NCBI GenBank assembly: GCA_026984735.1
Contig: JALSRN010000014.1
Coordinates: 21,405 to 85,404 of the forward strand
Source: Sedimenticola sp.
GTDB lineage: Bacteria > Pseudomonadota > Gammaproteobacteria > Chromatiales > Chromatiaceae
Length of the DNA stretch: 64,000 bases
Reading direction: 5' to 3'
Shown: one piece after another, positions 31,837 to 41,581 of the stretch
Position numbering within the stretch: the first letter of the stretch is position 1
Layout of the letters: every line of letters begins with the position of its first letter
Translations under genes and position numbers: made by a program
Notes under the pieces: model-generated
What the model saw: the letters and a program-made list of their open reading frames with translations, nothing else
What the model was told of the DNA's origin: nothing
The model's database searches: none

Positions 31837-32681
31837 CGGTTCTTCTCCGTCTTGTCGAATTCCATGGGGCCCACCACCGTTTGCGGATCGACCCGCTTGC
31901 CCCGCAGGTTCATGCGCCAGTCCAGGTGAGAACCGGTGACCCGGCCGGTGGCGCCCATCTCGGCAACCACCTGGCCCTGCTTCACCCGCTCCCCCACCTT
32001 GACGAGAATTCGGCTCAGATGCAGGAAAGTGGATGATAACCCATGGCCGTGATCCATGATCAAGGTGCCGCCGGAATAGAACATGTCGGGAACCGCCAGG
32101 GTGACGATGCCGTCGGCCGGCGCCCGCACCGGGGTGCCCACGGGCCCGGCGATGTCCACCCCGTAATGGGGGCGGCGGGGTTTGCCGTTGAGAATGCGCT
32201 GGCTGCCGTAGACGCCGGTGATGGGTCCCTTGGCGGGCCAGCGGAACCCTTTGACGTAGTCGGTGCGCGCGTCGAGCCGGGACCGCGCCTTGCGGACCAT
32301 GGCCACGTCGCGGCGGATCCTCTCCAGATCTCTCTTCTTGCGCGGTGTCACCTTGGCGGGCGGCAGGCCGTCGATGCGCTGGATGCGGTAGTTGCGTTTG
32401 GCGATGCTCAGCTTGCGCACCAGGCGGGTGCCGTCGGGCAGCACCACTTCCAGGATGGAACGGGAAGGCGCCTCGCGGGAGAAGCCGATGACGAAATCCC
32501 CTTCGGGCGAGACCGGCACCGCTTCGCCGTCCTGGCGCACGCGGGCGCCGGGAACCGTCTTGCCGAAGACCACGGCTCCCTGTTCCAGCGGTCCGCGAAG
32601 GGTCAGCGGAGCCTCTTCCGCCCCGGCCAGCAACGCCAAGGCGACCATCGACAAAACGAGAAAACGCAACGGAAAGGACAT
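31833..32681 (-). CDS. M23 family metallopeptidase
   Basis: Signal peptide, HYGVDIAG, LHLS, GRVTGSHLDW. The track ORF extension to 33215 runs through a repeat element. Confidence 0.88.
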   Translation of the reverse strand: MSFPLRFLVLSMVALALLAGAEEAPLTLRGPLEQGAVVFGKTVPGARVRQDGEAVPVSPEGDFVIGFSREAPSRSILEVVLPDGTRLVRKLSIAKRNYRIQRIDGLPPAKVTPRKKRDLERIRRDVAMVRKARSRLDARTDYVKGFRWPAKGPITGVYGSQRILNGKPRRPHYGVDIAGPVGTPVRAPADGIVTLAVPDMFYSGGTLIMDHGHGLSSTFLHLSRILVKVGERVKQGQVVAEMGATGRVTGSHLDWRMNLRGKRVDPQTVVGPMEFDKTEKNR

Positions 32682-32723
32682 GGGACCCAGGCGGTCGCTC
32701 CAACCATGGATGGCTGGGTATTT

Positions 32724-33210
32724 TAGCCCGAATATCACGATGGAATCCGGGATTTTCCCGGCGAATTTTTGTTCGGCGCTTCCCTGCGCCTCACCCCTTA
32801 CGGGGCTTGCGCGAAAATTCGCTCCCGGCGAATTTTTCAAGCGGCGGGGTTCACGCCGGCGAATTTCGATGCCGCTCATCGGCTTGCGGCCGGTCGGAGA
32901 GCAACACCGGGCGAAAGGCATCTTGGAAAAATCCGACGAACGCGGCCCGTCGCGGACGCATGTGGATGGATCGTCGAACGAGCGCGCACAACGGCCTGAA
33001 TCGCAGTGGCCGGGGCGATCCCCCGTTCGTGGGTCTGGAAGGGGAATGGCGGGGCGTCCGGGGCATGGATGCCGAGGCCGAGCCCACGGGGATGGGTTCA
33101 CGGCGTCCCCGACGGCCCCCTTCCAGCCCCTTGGACCGGACTCCGCGACGAGCCGAGACCCGAATTCATGCAATGGCCCTGTCGGAACGGCCTGGCGCGA
33201 TATTCGGGCC
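32724..33210. mobile_element. ~485-bp composite MITE/REPIN-like element
   Basis: TIRs GCCCGAATATCAC (32726) and GCGATATTCGGGC (33197-33209), 12/13 match; internal CCGGCGAATTT x3; hairpin AAAATTCGC-TCCCG-GCGAATTTT. Confidence 0.6.
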
Positions 33211-33234
33211 GGCAAAAGTTGATAGAATCGCCCG

Positions 33235-35046
33235 ATGACCCCCCGCCCCGCGACCCCCCAGGTTCGCTCCGAGCCCTACACCTGGCCGGAGGTGATCCGC
33301 ATGGTGCTCGCCTACCGCCGCGAACTGGTGGCGGCCAACGTCATCGCCGTGCTGGGCACCGCCGCCGCGGTGCCGGTGCCGCTGCTCATCCCGCTGCTGG
33401 TGGACGAGGTGCTGCTCCACAAGCCCGGCACCCTGGTGGCCTGGTCCAATCGCCTCTTTCCCGAGAGCTGGCACGGGCCGGTGCTCTACATCTTCGCCGT
33501 GCTGCTGCTCACCCTGCTGCTGCGGTTCGTCTCCCTGGCGTTCAACGTCTGGCAGGTGCGCGCCTTCACCCGCATCTCCAAGGACGTCATCTTCCGCATC
33601 CGCCGCGACCTGCTGAACCGACTTCAGTACTTCTCCATGGCCGAGTACGAAGTGCTGGGCCCCAGCACCGTGGCCTCCCATCTGGTCACCGACCTGGACG
33701 CGGTGGACCAATTCGTGAGCACCTCCACCTCCAAGTTCATCGTCGCCCTGCTGACGGTGGTGGGCACCGCCGGGGTGCTGCTGTGGATGCACTGGCAGCT
33801 GGCGCTCTTCATTCTGCTGCTCAATCCGGCGGTGATCTACGTCACCACCCTCTTCGGACGCAAGGTGAAGCAGCTCAAGGCCGTGGAGAACCGCGCCTGG
33901 CAGGCCTTCCAGGAGGCGCTGGCCGAGACCCTGGACGCCATCGAGCAGGTGCGCGCCGCCAACCGCGAGAAGCACTACATCCGCCGCATCGTGGAGAAGG
34001 CCGACCGCATTCGCCACCGCTCGGCCAATTTCACCTGGAAAAGCGACGCCGCCAACCGCCTCTCCTTCATGGTGTTCCTCTTCGGCTTCGACGTCTTCCG
34101 CGCGGTGAGCATGCTCATGGTGCTCTACTCCAGCCTCACCATCGGCGAGATGCTGGCGGTATTCGCCTATCTCTGGTTCATGATGGGACCGGTGCAGGAG
34201 CTGCTCAACATCCAGTACGCCTACCATGCCGCGCGCGCCGCCCTGAACCGCATCAACGCCCTGGTGGACGTGCGGCTCGAACCGCACTTTCCCCACGAGG
34301 TGAACCCCTTCGAAGGGAAGGAGACGGTCTCCATCCAGATGGAGAAGATCTGCTTCGCCTACGGCGACGGGCCGCTCATCCTCAAGGATGTGAGCCTGGA
34401 GATCGCCGCCGGCGAGAAGGTGGCGCTCGTGGGCGCCAGCGGCGGCGGCAAGAGCACCCTGGTGAAGATTCTGCTGGGCCTCTATCTGCCGCGGTCGGGG
34501 CGGGTCTGTTTCGACGGCGTGCCGGTGGAACGCATCGGCCTGGACGTGGTGCGCGACCATGTGGCCACGGTGCTGCAACATCCGGCCCTGCTCAACGACA
34601 CGGTAAGGGTGAACCTCACCTTCGGCGACGAGGTGCCGGAGGAACGGCTCTGGCAGGCGCTGGAGATCGCCCAGCTGAAGGAGGTGGTCAAGCGCCTGCC
34701 ACGCGGCCTGGAGACCCGCATCGGCCGCAACGGCGTGCGCCTCTCCGGCGGCCAGCGCCAGCGGCTGGCGGTGGCGCGGATGGTGCTACGCAACCCCAGC
34801 GTGGTGATCCTCGACGAGGCCACTTCCGCGCTGGACACCGACACCGAGGCGCGCCTGCACCGCGCCCTCTCCGGTTTCCTGAAGAACCGCACCACCCTTA
34901 TCATCGCTCACCGGCTCAGCGCCGTGAAGCAGGCCGACCGGGTGCTGGTCTTCGAGGACGGCCGCATCGTGGAGGAGGGGCGCCACGAGCAGCTCATCGA
35001 GGAGGGAGGGCTCTACGCCAATCTCTACGGCCGGCAAGAGGCGTGA
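33235..35046 (+). CDS. ABC exporter, fused permease/ATPase
   Basis: Six TMs, Walker A GASGGGKST, LSGGQRQR, ILDEATSALD, IAHRLS. Confidence 0.93.
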   Translation: MTPRPATPQVRSEPYTWPEVIRMVLAYRRELVAANVIAVLGTAAAVPVPLLIPLLVDEVLLHKPGTLVAWSNRLFPESWHGPVLYIFAVLLLTLLLRFVSLAFNVWQVRAFTRISKDVIFRIRRDLLNRLQYFSMAEYEVLGPSTVASHLVTDLDAVDQFVSTSTSKFIVALLTVVGTAGVLLWMHWQLALFILLLNPAVIYVTTLFGRKVKQLKAVENRAWQAFQEALAETLDAIEQVRAANREKHYIRRIVEKADRIRHRSANFTWKSDAANRLSFMVFLFGFDVFRAVSMLMVLYSSLTIGEMLAVFAYLWFMMGPVQELLNIQYAYHAARAALNRINALVDVRLEPHFPHEVNPFEGKETVSIQMEKICFAYGDGPLILKDVSLEIAAGEKVALVGASGGGKSTLVKILLGLYLPRSGRVCFDGVPVERIGLDVVRDHVATVLQHPALLNDTVRVNLTFGDEVPEERLWQALEIAQLKEVVKRLPRGLETRIGRNGVRLSGGQRQRLAVARMVLRNPSVVILDEATSALDTDTEARLHRALSGFLKNRTTLIIAHRLSAVKQADRVLVFEDGRIVEEGRHEQLIEEGGLYANLYGRQEA

Positions 35047-35126
35047 ACGGCCCGACGAGGAGGGACGCCCGTTTCCCTGGGTTCCATGAGCGCCGGTGCC
35101 CGCATGGACTCGCCTCCTCGCCGGAA

Positions 35127-37934
35127 TCACTGGTCGGGAATAACCGGATCGCCCGCTCCGATCAAGAACCTCCCTCGCAAATGGAGCCCGTCCTGAACCT
35201 TGTCGAAGGTTATATAACGTCCTCCTTCTTTGAGAAGATCGAACGTCGGTTGCCCGTTCTCGGGGGTCACGAGCACGCGGGGAACCGAATTTTCGACATC
35301 CATTTGCACGTAGAGACGGTACGTCCACCGATCCAAGCCGCCGAAGTCGTCCCTCTCTTCCACCATCAACGCCACGCTCACCGCCTCGCCCGCGTGCATT
35401 TTCAGGTTGCAGCCGGGGGAAGGCGGGCCGACGGGAATGTAACCTCCGTCTTCCACATAGTAATTCACCGGCCCGTTGGCGGAACACGTCATCCGTCTCA
35501 TCGCGTCGAAATCGCCACGGGACGGCCCATCGACCAGGCTGAACCCTAGCCACGAGATCTCTCCCCCTCCACCGGTGAGGTCGTCGTCCCCGGATTCCAC
35601 GGCCTCGATGGGCTCGTAAAGGTGAAGCGCGACGTTGTAACCCGCCACCGGTTTCGTACGATAGACCCTCTCGTCATAGATCGTTCCATTGAGGCGGGCC
35701 AACTGCACCACAACGTCGGCTCCCCAGGGAACGCCCTGGGCGCCCTCTTTCCGATAAGGCAGCGCGAATTTCGCCCAATACTCGCCCGACGATCTTTGCC
35801 GAATGGAAAAGGGCGTCGCCCTGGCCACCACTCTCCCGGAAACGATCGCGCGCGCCTCGACGCGGCGCAAACGCTCGCGCCATTCTGCCCCGGCGGGAGC
35901 GGATGCCTCGATGTACAAGACGTATTCTTCCCGGGTAAAGGAACCAATATGCGAAATCCTCGGATTCGCAAACGACAGCGTGGGAGAGTCCCCTCTGGCG
36001 TCGCGCACACCCGTGGCGCCGCCAGCCAGATCCAAGCGAACGAAGCGCCGATAGGAGAGGTCGTCGAATTCCACGTGGACCCTATTGGTCCCACGCTCCC
36101 CTCCGCAGTCGTATTCCAGATAGGCGTGCGGCCACCGCCGCGGCAACACGACCCTGCCGCGATAGGCGACTTCTCCGCCGGAGACCCGACGCTCTCTGCC
36201 AATCGCCGCCATGCCACCGGCAGCGGAAAATCCATGGACCGCAGCCGGCGCTCCGCTGCGATCGGCGGTGGGGTACTGGAGAACCCGGATCGCCGACCAG
36301 TCGTCGGCGGGACAGCGGCGATCGTCGGCCCGCTTGAGCACCTCGAAGTCCAGCACGAATCGAGCTGGGCAGACGGAACGCATTCCCGCCGCCAAAACCT
36401 CTCCTCTCTCATTGAGCAGTTCCACCGCGATTTTCTTGTCGCGCATGGTCTTGAGTGGATCGGAAGCCAGATTCCCGGGAACGTCGTTCGGCAACGTGAA
36501 CCGAATTTCGGAATCGGAAATCTGCAAGCCTGCGGGCGACAGCGAGGTTCCCCCGCCCGCCAGCACCTCGCCGGCGGTGCCGGCGCGCACCCGTACAAAG
36601 CGTACTCCCCCGAAATTGCGCCCTTTCACGACCAAAGGGGAATGGCGCGCCGCGTCCAGATTGACGCAGGAGCCGGTCCAAGGAGTGTTGACGGACTCTT
36701 CCGAATCCGAAGCGAAGCCGGTGATCGCCGCCTGCGCGCTCTTGGCGACCCGCTCCCGGATGCCCATCGCCTCCGACGCGGCGCTCACGATGCCAGGATG
36801 CCCCGTCCGGCAAAGCGAGCGGTCCATCGCGGAAAGACCGGAATCATCGCCTTGGAGATGCCATTCGACCTCCACGGCGAGGCACTCTCCTTCGGCCAGA
36901 TGAACCCCCATCCAGTAGTCACCTCCCTCATCGCCGGCCTCGCCCAAGGCCACGCGTCGCTCCTCGCTGACCCCGTGGGCAGGCAGGCCGGAAAAATCCA
37001 TGGCATAAGCGCTTGCCGTTCCCTCTTTGTTCAATCGCACCTGCAGCAAGTCGGCCAACCGGTCGCTGGCGTTTCGCAAGCGGACGACCACGACGGGGGG
37101 CGCGTCGTTTTCGATCCGCAGCGTCTCGAAAAGGATATCTCCCTCCCGAATGAACCGAGCTCCCTTGGGAACCCCTCTGGGCGCCTCCGTCATCTTTTCG
37201 ACGGGGATGCGCGGCTTGGTGCCGCTTTTGATTCCCAAATCGGACGACAAGGAAGGCAGGCCGCCCTTGGGAACCACCGCCGTTTCGGCCCGTTTTTTCG
37301 TCCCGCGCCGACCGGGAAGGCCCAGATCCGACGGCAGCTTCGGCACGGCGGGAAAAACATGACGCTTTTTGGCCGGCGCTTCCCCTTTCTTGCCGGAACC
37401 GGCGACGGAAGACGAGAAGGAAGGCGCCGCGCCGCCGACGCCCGCCGCCGGCAGTTTCGGAACCTTCATCAAGGTCTTTTCCTTCGTTTTCGGCGAAACG
37501 GAAGGCGACGGAAAATTGGGCACGGCCGGCACTTTCGGAATCATGCCGGCGGCCGTGGGCGCTTTGACCGTGGACGGCGACGGGAAGGCGTTCGGCCGGG
37601 GGGCGACCGCCGGAACTTTACCGGGCTTCGGAAAGGCGGCTCGCGGCGCCGCCGTCGCCGATGCCCCCGTTACCGGCTTTTGCGCCGCGGACGGAAGCGA
37701 ACTTCCTTTTTCGAAACCGGAAAGGGGAAAACCGGCGGGCCGCTCGGGCGGCGTCTTCCCGACGGCGTCTTCCTTCCTTTTCGTGGGCGGCACCGCGAAA
37801 GAGCCGGCCTTGTCGATGATGGATTTGTTCGGCAGAACCGGAAACCCTCCTTGATCGGCCGAAACGGCCGCCATGGAGAAGATGACCGCCCAAGCAAACG
37901 CCGGCAGCGCCAGTTTCAAGCCCGATGCGTTCAT
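35127..37934 (-). CDS. Large secreted hypothetical protein (935 aa) with Pro/Lys-rich stalk and beta-sandwich domains
   Basis: Strong GAGGAGGT RBS, Sec signal, ~260-aa P/K/A/S low-complexity region, then Ig/IPT-like segments. Confidence 0.75.
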   Translation of the reverse strand: MNASGLKLALPAFAWAVIFSMAAVSADQGGFPVLPNKSIIDKAGSFAVPPTKRKEDAVGKTPPERPAGFPLSGFEKGSSLPSAAQKPVTGASATAAPRAAFPKPGKVPAVAPRPNAFPSPSTVKAPTAAGMIPKVPAVPNFPSPSVSPKTKEKTLMKVPKLPAAGVGGAAPSFSSSVAGSGKKGEAPAKKRHVFPAVPKLPSDLGLPGRRGTKKRAETAVVPKGGLPSLSSDLGIKSGTKPRIPVEKMTEAPRGVPKGARFIREGDILFETLRIENDAPPVVVVRLRNASDRLADLLQVRLNKEGTASAYAMDFSGLPAHGVSEERRVALGEAGDEGGDYWMGVHLAEGECLAVEVEWHLQGDDSGLSAMDRSLCRTGHPGIVSAASEAMGIRERVAKSAQAAITGFASDSEESVNTPWTGSCVNLDAARHSPLVVKGRNFGGVRFVRVRAGTAGEVLAGGGTSLSPAGLQISDSEIRFTLPNDVPGNLASDPLKTMRDKKIAVELLNERGEVLAAGMRSVCPARFVLDFEVLKRADDRRCPADDWSAIRVLQYPTADRSGAPAAVHGFSAAGGMAAIGRERRVSGGEVAYRGRVVLPRRWPHAYLEYDCGGERGTNRVHVEFDDLSYRRFVRLDLAGGATGVRDARGDSPTLSFANPRISHIGSFTREEYVLYIEASAPAGAEWRERLRRVEARAIVSGRVVARATPFSIRQRSSGEYWAKFALPYRKEGAQGVPWGADVVVQLARLNGTIYDERVYRTKPVAGYNVALHLYEPIEAVESGDDDLTGGGGEISWLGFSLVDGPSRGDFDAMRRMTCSANGPVNYYVEDGGYIPVGPPSPGCNLKMHAGEAVSVALMVEERDDFGGLDRWTYRLYVQMDVENSVPRVLVTPENGQPTFDLLKEGGRYITFDKVQDGLHLRGRFLIGAGDPVIPDQ

Positions 37935-37967
37935 GATTCTTCACCTCCTCTTCATCTTTTTTCTTTG

Positions 37968-37994
37968 TGTCGGCCCATCGCTCCTTCCGGTTCA
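37968..37994 (-). promoter_or_regulatory. Putative ECF sigma promoter P4
   Basis: TGAACC-ggaaggagcgatgggc-CGACA, 34 bp upstream of the 935-aa gene. Confidence 0.75.
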
Positions 37995-38023
37995 ACGACG
38001 AGAACGGCGACTCACAAACCGGC

Positions 38024-39157
38024 TCACTCGACGGTGACTTGGTACTCGCAACGGGCGTTGTTGGTTTCATCGCTTTCCGGCACGCCGTTGTAGGGGTCCA
38101 CCGTCAGGCAGAGCCAGTAACGTCCCGGCGGCACGCCTCCAACCCGCAAGTTCCGTTGCTCCCGCGGGATCCTCATGCGCTCGTCGGCGGCCAGCGGCGG
38201 CGTGCGGTCGATCTGCCGCACCACGTAAACCCCGGGGGCATAACGTCCCCGTCGGGGCAGTTCCACTCCGTTGGTTTTCGAAAGCAGCACATGGACTCGA
38301 TATCCGCAGCGGCCGTCGTAACCTGGCGCGGGCCCGGTCCCTTCGTTCAGCACCAAGATATTGAAGCGGTGAGGTTCGCCTTTTCTCAAGCGCGTGGGCG
38401 CTTTGACCGCCGCCGCCTCGAGGTCAGCCCGTCCGTTCCCCGGGCAAGAGGAAAGCTCGGGCGCCCGGTTCCCCACCCGCCCTCTCGTCGCCGGCTTTTT
38501 CCGGGGTTTGGAGGCGGCGCCAGCCGTGCCGGACTGGGGATCGCGAAAGATCCGGCCCAGCAGATCCTCCACCACTCTTCGCCTCGACGACCGCCGGGAG
38601 GAGCTTGCCGCATCTTGAGAGTCTCGGCGCGCCGTCCTCTTTTTATCCGCTGCCGCCACCAGCAGCTCTTTGCAGGCCACGTTGTTTCGTTCGTTCCGCT
38701 CCTTATGGTGATCCAGCGGATCCACCACGCCGCACATCCACCAACGCCCGGGGGGGATATCCCGCGGTATCTTGACCATCCGATGGGTCTGCCATCTCCC
38801 CGACGACGCCAGCTTCGATCCGGCGCGGAACACCCCGTTTCGCAACACGCCATCTTCCCGAAAATGGGAGGAGGAGCGCATGGAAAGGGGAATGGGCACC
38901 CGCCTGTCTCGGGAGATGACCAGCGCGACCATGACGGACCTCATACGACGGGAATTCGAATTTTCCTTCGCGGAGCTTCGAAAGCCGCGGTTCGACACCT
39001 TCACCCGCACCCCCAGCCGCTCGCCGGGCCGGGCGCGGAAACGGTCATTCTGCACCGACAAGACCAGATCCAGGCGGGCCGCGAAAACCGGCGTGGTCGC
39101 GGACACCGAAAGGAAGACCACGAGAACGCCCGCGCCAAACGCTTTCAGCATGGACAT
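38024..39157 (-). CDS. Secreted tandem CARDB-domain protein
   Basis: GGAGG RBS, signal peptide, two CARDB-type ends VDPLDHHKERNERNN and VDPYNGVPESDETNN. Confidence 0.8.
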   Translation of the reverse strand: MSMLKAFGAGVLVVFLSVSATTPVFAARLDLVLSVQNDRFRARPGERLGVRVKVSNRGFRSSAKENSNSRRMRSVMVALVISRDRRVPIPLSMRSSSHFREDGVLRNGVFRAGSKLASSGRWQTHRMVKIPRDIPPGRWWMCGVVDPLDHHKERNERNNVACKELLVAAADKKRTARRDSQDAASSSRRSSRRRVVEDLLGRIFRDPQSGTAGAASKPRKKPATRGRVGNRAPELSSCPGNGRADLEAAAVKAPTRLRKGEPHRFNILVLNEGTGPAPGYDGRCGYRVHVLLSKTNGVELPRRGRYAPGVYVVRQIDRTPPLAADERMRIPREQRNLRVGGVPPGRYWLCLTVDPYNGVPESDETNNARCEYQVTVE

Positions 39158-39285
39158 GATCACTTCCTCCCCCATCCTTGTTTTCTCGAAAATGCAATCG
39201 TGTGGAGATTCAGAAAACGCGCCGTTTGCGCCTTTTCAAGATTTCCATCCCTGGCCCTCCGAGCCAGATCGCGGCTCCGGCGGCG

Positions 39286-41370
39286 CTACCGGGACGGATC
39301 CGGTTGACACACCTCTTCCGCGCACGGTCCCAGGCCGAAAACGGTTCCGAACGCGATGCCGATGGTGGGTTCGTTGGCGTTGACGCCTTGCCTGAACTTG
39401 CAGCCCGCCCCCCCGTTTCCAGCGCCATCCGTGCCGGGCATCGGACGAGCGGTCGGAGAACCACAGCCGCTGGCCATCGCGGTGAGTTCCTCGATCGTAG
39501 GGGGTTCGGTGCGCTCATGCGCGCCGTGGGCCGCGCATTCCACCTCCTTTCCCGCCTTTCCCGCGCCCCCGAACCAGGAGGTCGCGGGGTTGGAAGGCGC
39601 GTTCTCGCCACCGGGGGTTTCTTCCGTCATGCCGCCCGCCTCAGCCGCGGGCGAGGGCTGCGAGGCGGGATTTTCACAACGGGAACGGGCCTCTTCCAGA
39701 AGGCGATCCGCCTGCCCTGCATAGAGCGCTTGCGCCAGACAAGCGTCGCATTGCAGTTGCGCGACGCTGCGCCCTCCGCCCAGGACATCCGGTCCTCGAA
39801 GAGGATTTTCACCTGGCCCCTGGCCTTTTCGACTGCCATCGATCACCAGGTCGCCTTTCACTCTTTTCCAATATTCGGGGGACCGTTTTTTGGAATCTGG
39901 CAGCTTGCTGCGCTCGCCCAGGGGATCGGGACCGTTGCAAAAAGCAGACTGGGATCCGGCGGCGCATGCGGCCCTCACGAGGCTTTCACTCGGCCGCAAT
40001 CCGCTCCTTCGCGCGCTCTCCACCGTGCGGTGTCCCTGGCTTCGCAAATATTTCTCGAAATCGTGCAGCGCCTGGTCCGCCTCGTTGACATAATGGTCTC
40101 TGTAGTAATTCATGGCTTCTCCGACCAAGAAATCGCCGATATCCTTGGCGGTTTTGGCGGCCCCCAACAAACGTGCCGCCCCCTCTCCAACCAACCATGC
40201 CAACAGGTCCGACATGCCGTCCTCGGCCCACCCGCCGGGAATGCTGCGGCTGCGGCAGGCTTTCTCTTCCAGAACACGCCGGCATCTGGGGCTCACCTGC
40301 AGCGGATGCCGCCGACCGGATCCAATGCCCCCATTTTCCCTTCCGCCGCCCGACTTGCCCGAGCACGGATCGAAGCCTTCGACCTTCATGAAAAAGCCGC
40401 CGACTCCGCTCTCCGCCTTTGCGCCTTCGTTTCGTCCGAAGGCGCCCCTCAAGGCCCCGCATGCGCTGCGGCCTTCCCACAAATCTTCCAGGAACCTCCA
40501 GGCGGAAGGGGTGTCCTCGATCCACCAAGTGATGCTGTTTCCTTTTTCAATCACCCGCGCCTCCACCACGCCGTCGCCATCCGGGTCGTAATTGACCGCA
40601 ACGGCAGGCCTGGTGACCAGAGTACCGACGAGCCGGCCGTCCACGATCAAAGGCAGCCACTCTTCATCGCCGCTTTTGTACAACCATCGGTCCTCCCGCC
40701 GAACCTTGCGGTCCGTGGGCAGCGGTTTCCGCACCAGCAGCAGAGCGTACACCCGCCCCCGCCGCCGCATTCCGCCCGAACCGTCGATCTCCAGCAGCTG
40801 GTAGGGTCGCCGCTCGCCCTTTCCCAATCGGAGCAACTGGTCTCTGGAAAGAGGCAGGTCGGCCAACGATGAAAGCGACGTCAAAGCGCTTGCATCCACG
40901 CCCGCGGGCACCGCCTCCCTTCCAGATTTTCCGAAAGGAGGGGGCAAATAGGGTGTCCGTCGCACTCGATGCGCGGGCTTTTCCCGCCCATCGACACTTT
41001 TCGGAACGGAGGTTGCCCCCGCCGGTCGTCCTTCTTTTTCGTCCGTTTCCGGGCGGGGGAGCGTCACCGTTTTTCCCGAACCTCGCCCCGCTTCCCCGCC
41101 GAGCGGCCCCGCTCCCTTCCGATTCCGGTCCGCCGCACCGGCGGTCGGGGCCTGCGTTTGCCTCCTTTCCCCCATATTCATTCCATGCGTGAGCGTCATC
41201 GGAGCGGAAGGCCGAGCCTCCCCGCCGGATGGGCCGCTTTTCTCGACGACCGGACGCACGGAGAAAAATGGGGGCACTTTCATGGCTTCGTCCTTCATCA
41301 CCACGGGATCGTCCCCTCCCGAAGCCAACCCCCATGCGACCGTCAAAGCGAAATACAGAGTTCTCTTCAT
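39286..41370 (-). CDS. Secreted Cys-rich hypothetical protein (694 aa)
   Basis: Signal peptide MKRTLYFALTVAWGLA, low-complexity linker, DPDGDG motif, 14 Cys in the C-terminal part. Confidence 0.7.
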   Translation of the reverse strand: MKRTLYFALTVAWGLASGGDDPVVMKDEAMKVPPFFSVRPVVEKSGPSGGEARPSAPMTLTHGMNMGERRQTQAPTAGAADRNRKGAGPLGGEAGRGSGKTVTLPRPETDEKEGRPAGATSVPKSVDGREKPAHRVRRTPYLPPPFGKSGREAVPAGVDASALTSLSSLADLPLSRDQLLRLGKGERRPYQLLEIDGSGGMRRRGRVYALLLVRKPLPTDRKVRREDRWLYKSGDEEWLPLIVDGRLVGTLVTRPAVAVNYDPDGDGVVEARVIEKGNSITWWIEDTPSAWRFLEDLWEGRSACGALRGAFGRNEGAKAESGVGGFFMKVEGFDPCSGKSGGGRENGGIGSGRRHPLQVSPRCRRVLEEKACRSRSIPGGWAEDGMSDLLAWLVGEGAARLLGAAKTAKDIGDFLVGEAMNYYRDHYVNEADQALHDFEKYLRSQGHRTVESARRSGLRPSESLVRAACAAGSQSAFCNGPDPLGERSKLPDSKKRSPEYWKRVKGDLVIDGSRKGQGPGENPLRGPDVLGGGRSVAQLQCDACLAQALYAGQADRLLEEARSRCENPASQPSPAAEAGGMTEETPGGENAPSNPATSWFGGAGKAGKEVECAAHGAHERTEPPTIEELTAMASGCGSPTARPMPGTDGAGNGGAGCKFRQGVNANEPTIGIAFGTVFGLGPCAEEVCQPDPSR

Positions 41371-41428
41371 CCCTTATTCCCTCCCGACACGCCGTCCGAT
41401 CCCGGTTGCGGTCTTCATTCAGGGGATG

Positions 41429-41455
41429 GGTCGTCGATTCTCCGGCCGGGGTTCA
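41429..41455 (-). promoter_or_regulatory. Putative ECF sigma promoter P3
   Basis: TGAACC-ccggccggagaatcga-CGACC, 59 bp upstream of the 694-aa gene. Confidence 0.75.
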
Positions 41456-41581
41456 CGCCTCCATCGGTTTTCCCGCATCGGCGGCCATCCAACCCTTCCT
41501 CAGCTCCGGCAACCCGTCATCGCCGAAAAGAGCGCCAGGTATCGACGAATCCTCGAAGCGGGGAACGGGGCCGGTCTGCCG

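Noticed and set aside
32682-33215. 178-aa N-terminal extension of the M23 peptidase and the 32392-33222 ORF
   Set aside because: Low-complexity translation through a TIR-bounded repeat element; the real signal peptide starts at 32681.
32700-33230. Housekeeping ncRNA (RNase P, SRP, tmRNA, 6S) or riboswitch
   Set aside because: No diagnostic conserved motifs recognised; the TIRs and the second copy explain the region better.
39281-39307. ECF promoter upstream of the CARDB gene
   Set aside because: TCAACC-N16-CGCCG has two mismatches; co-transcription from P3 is simpler.
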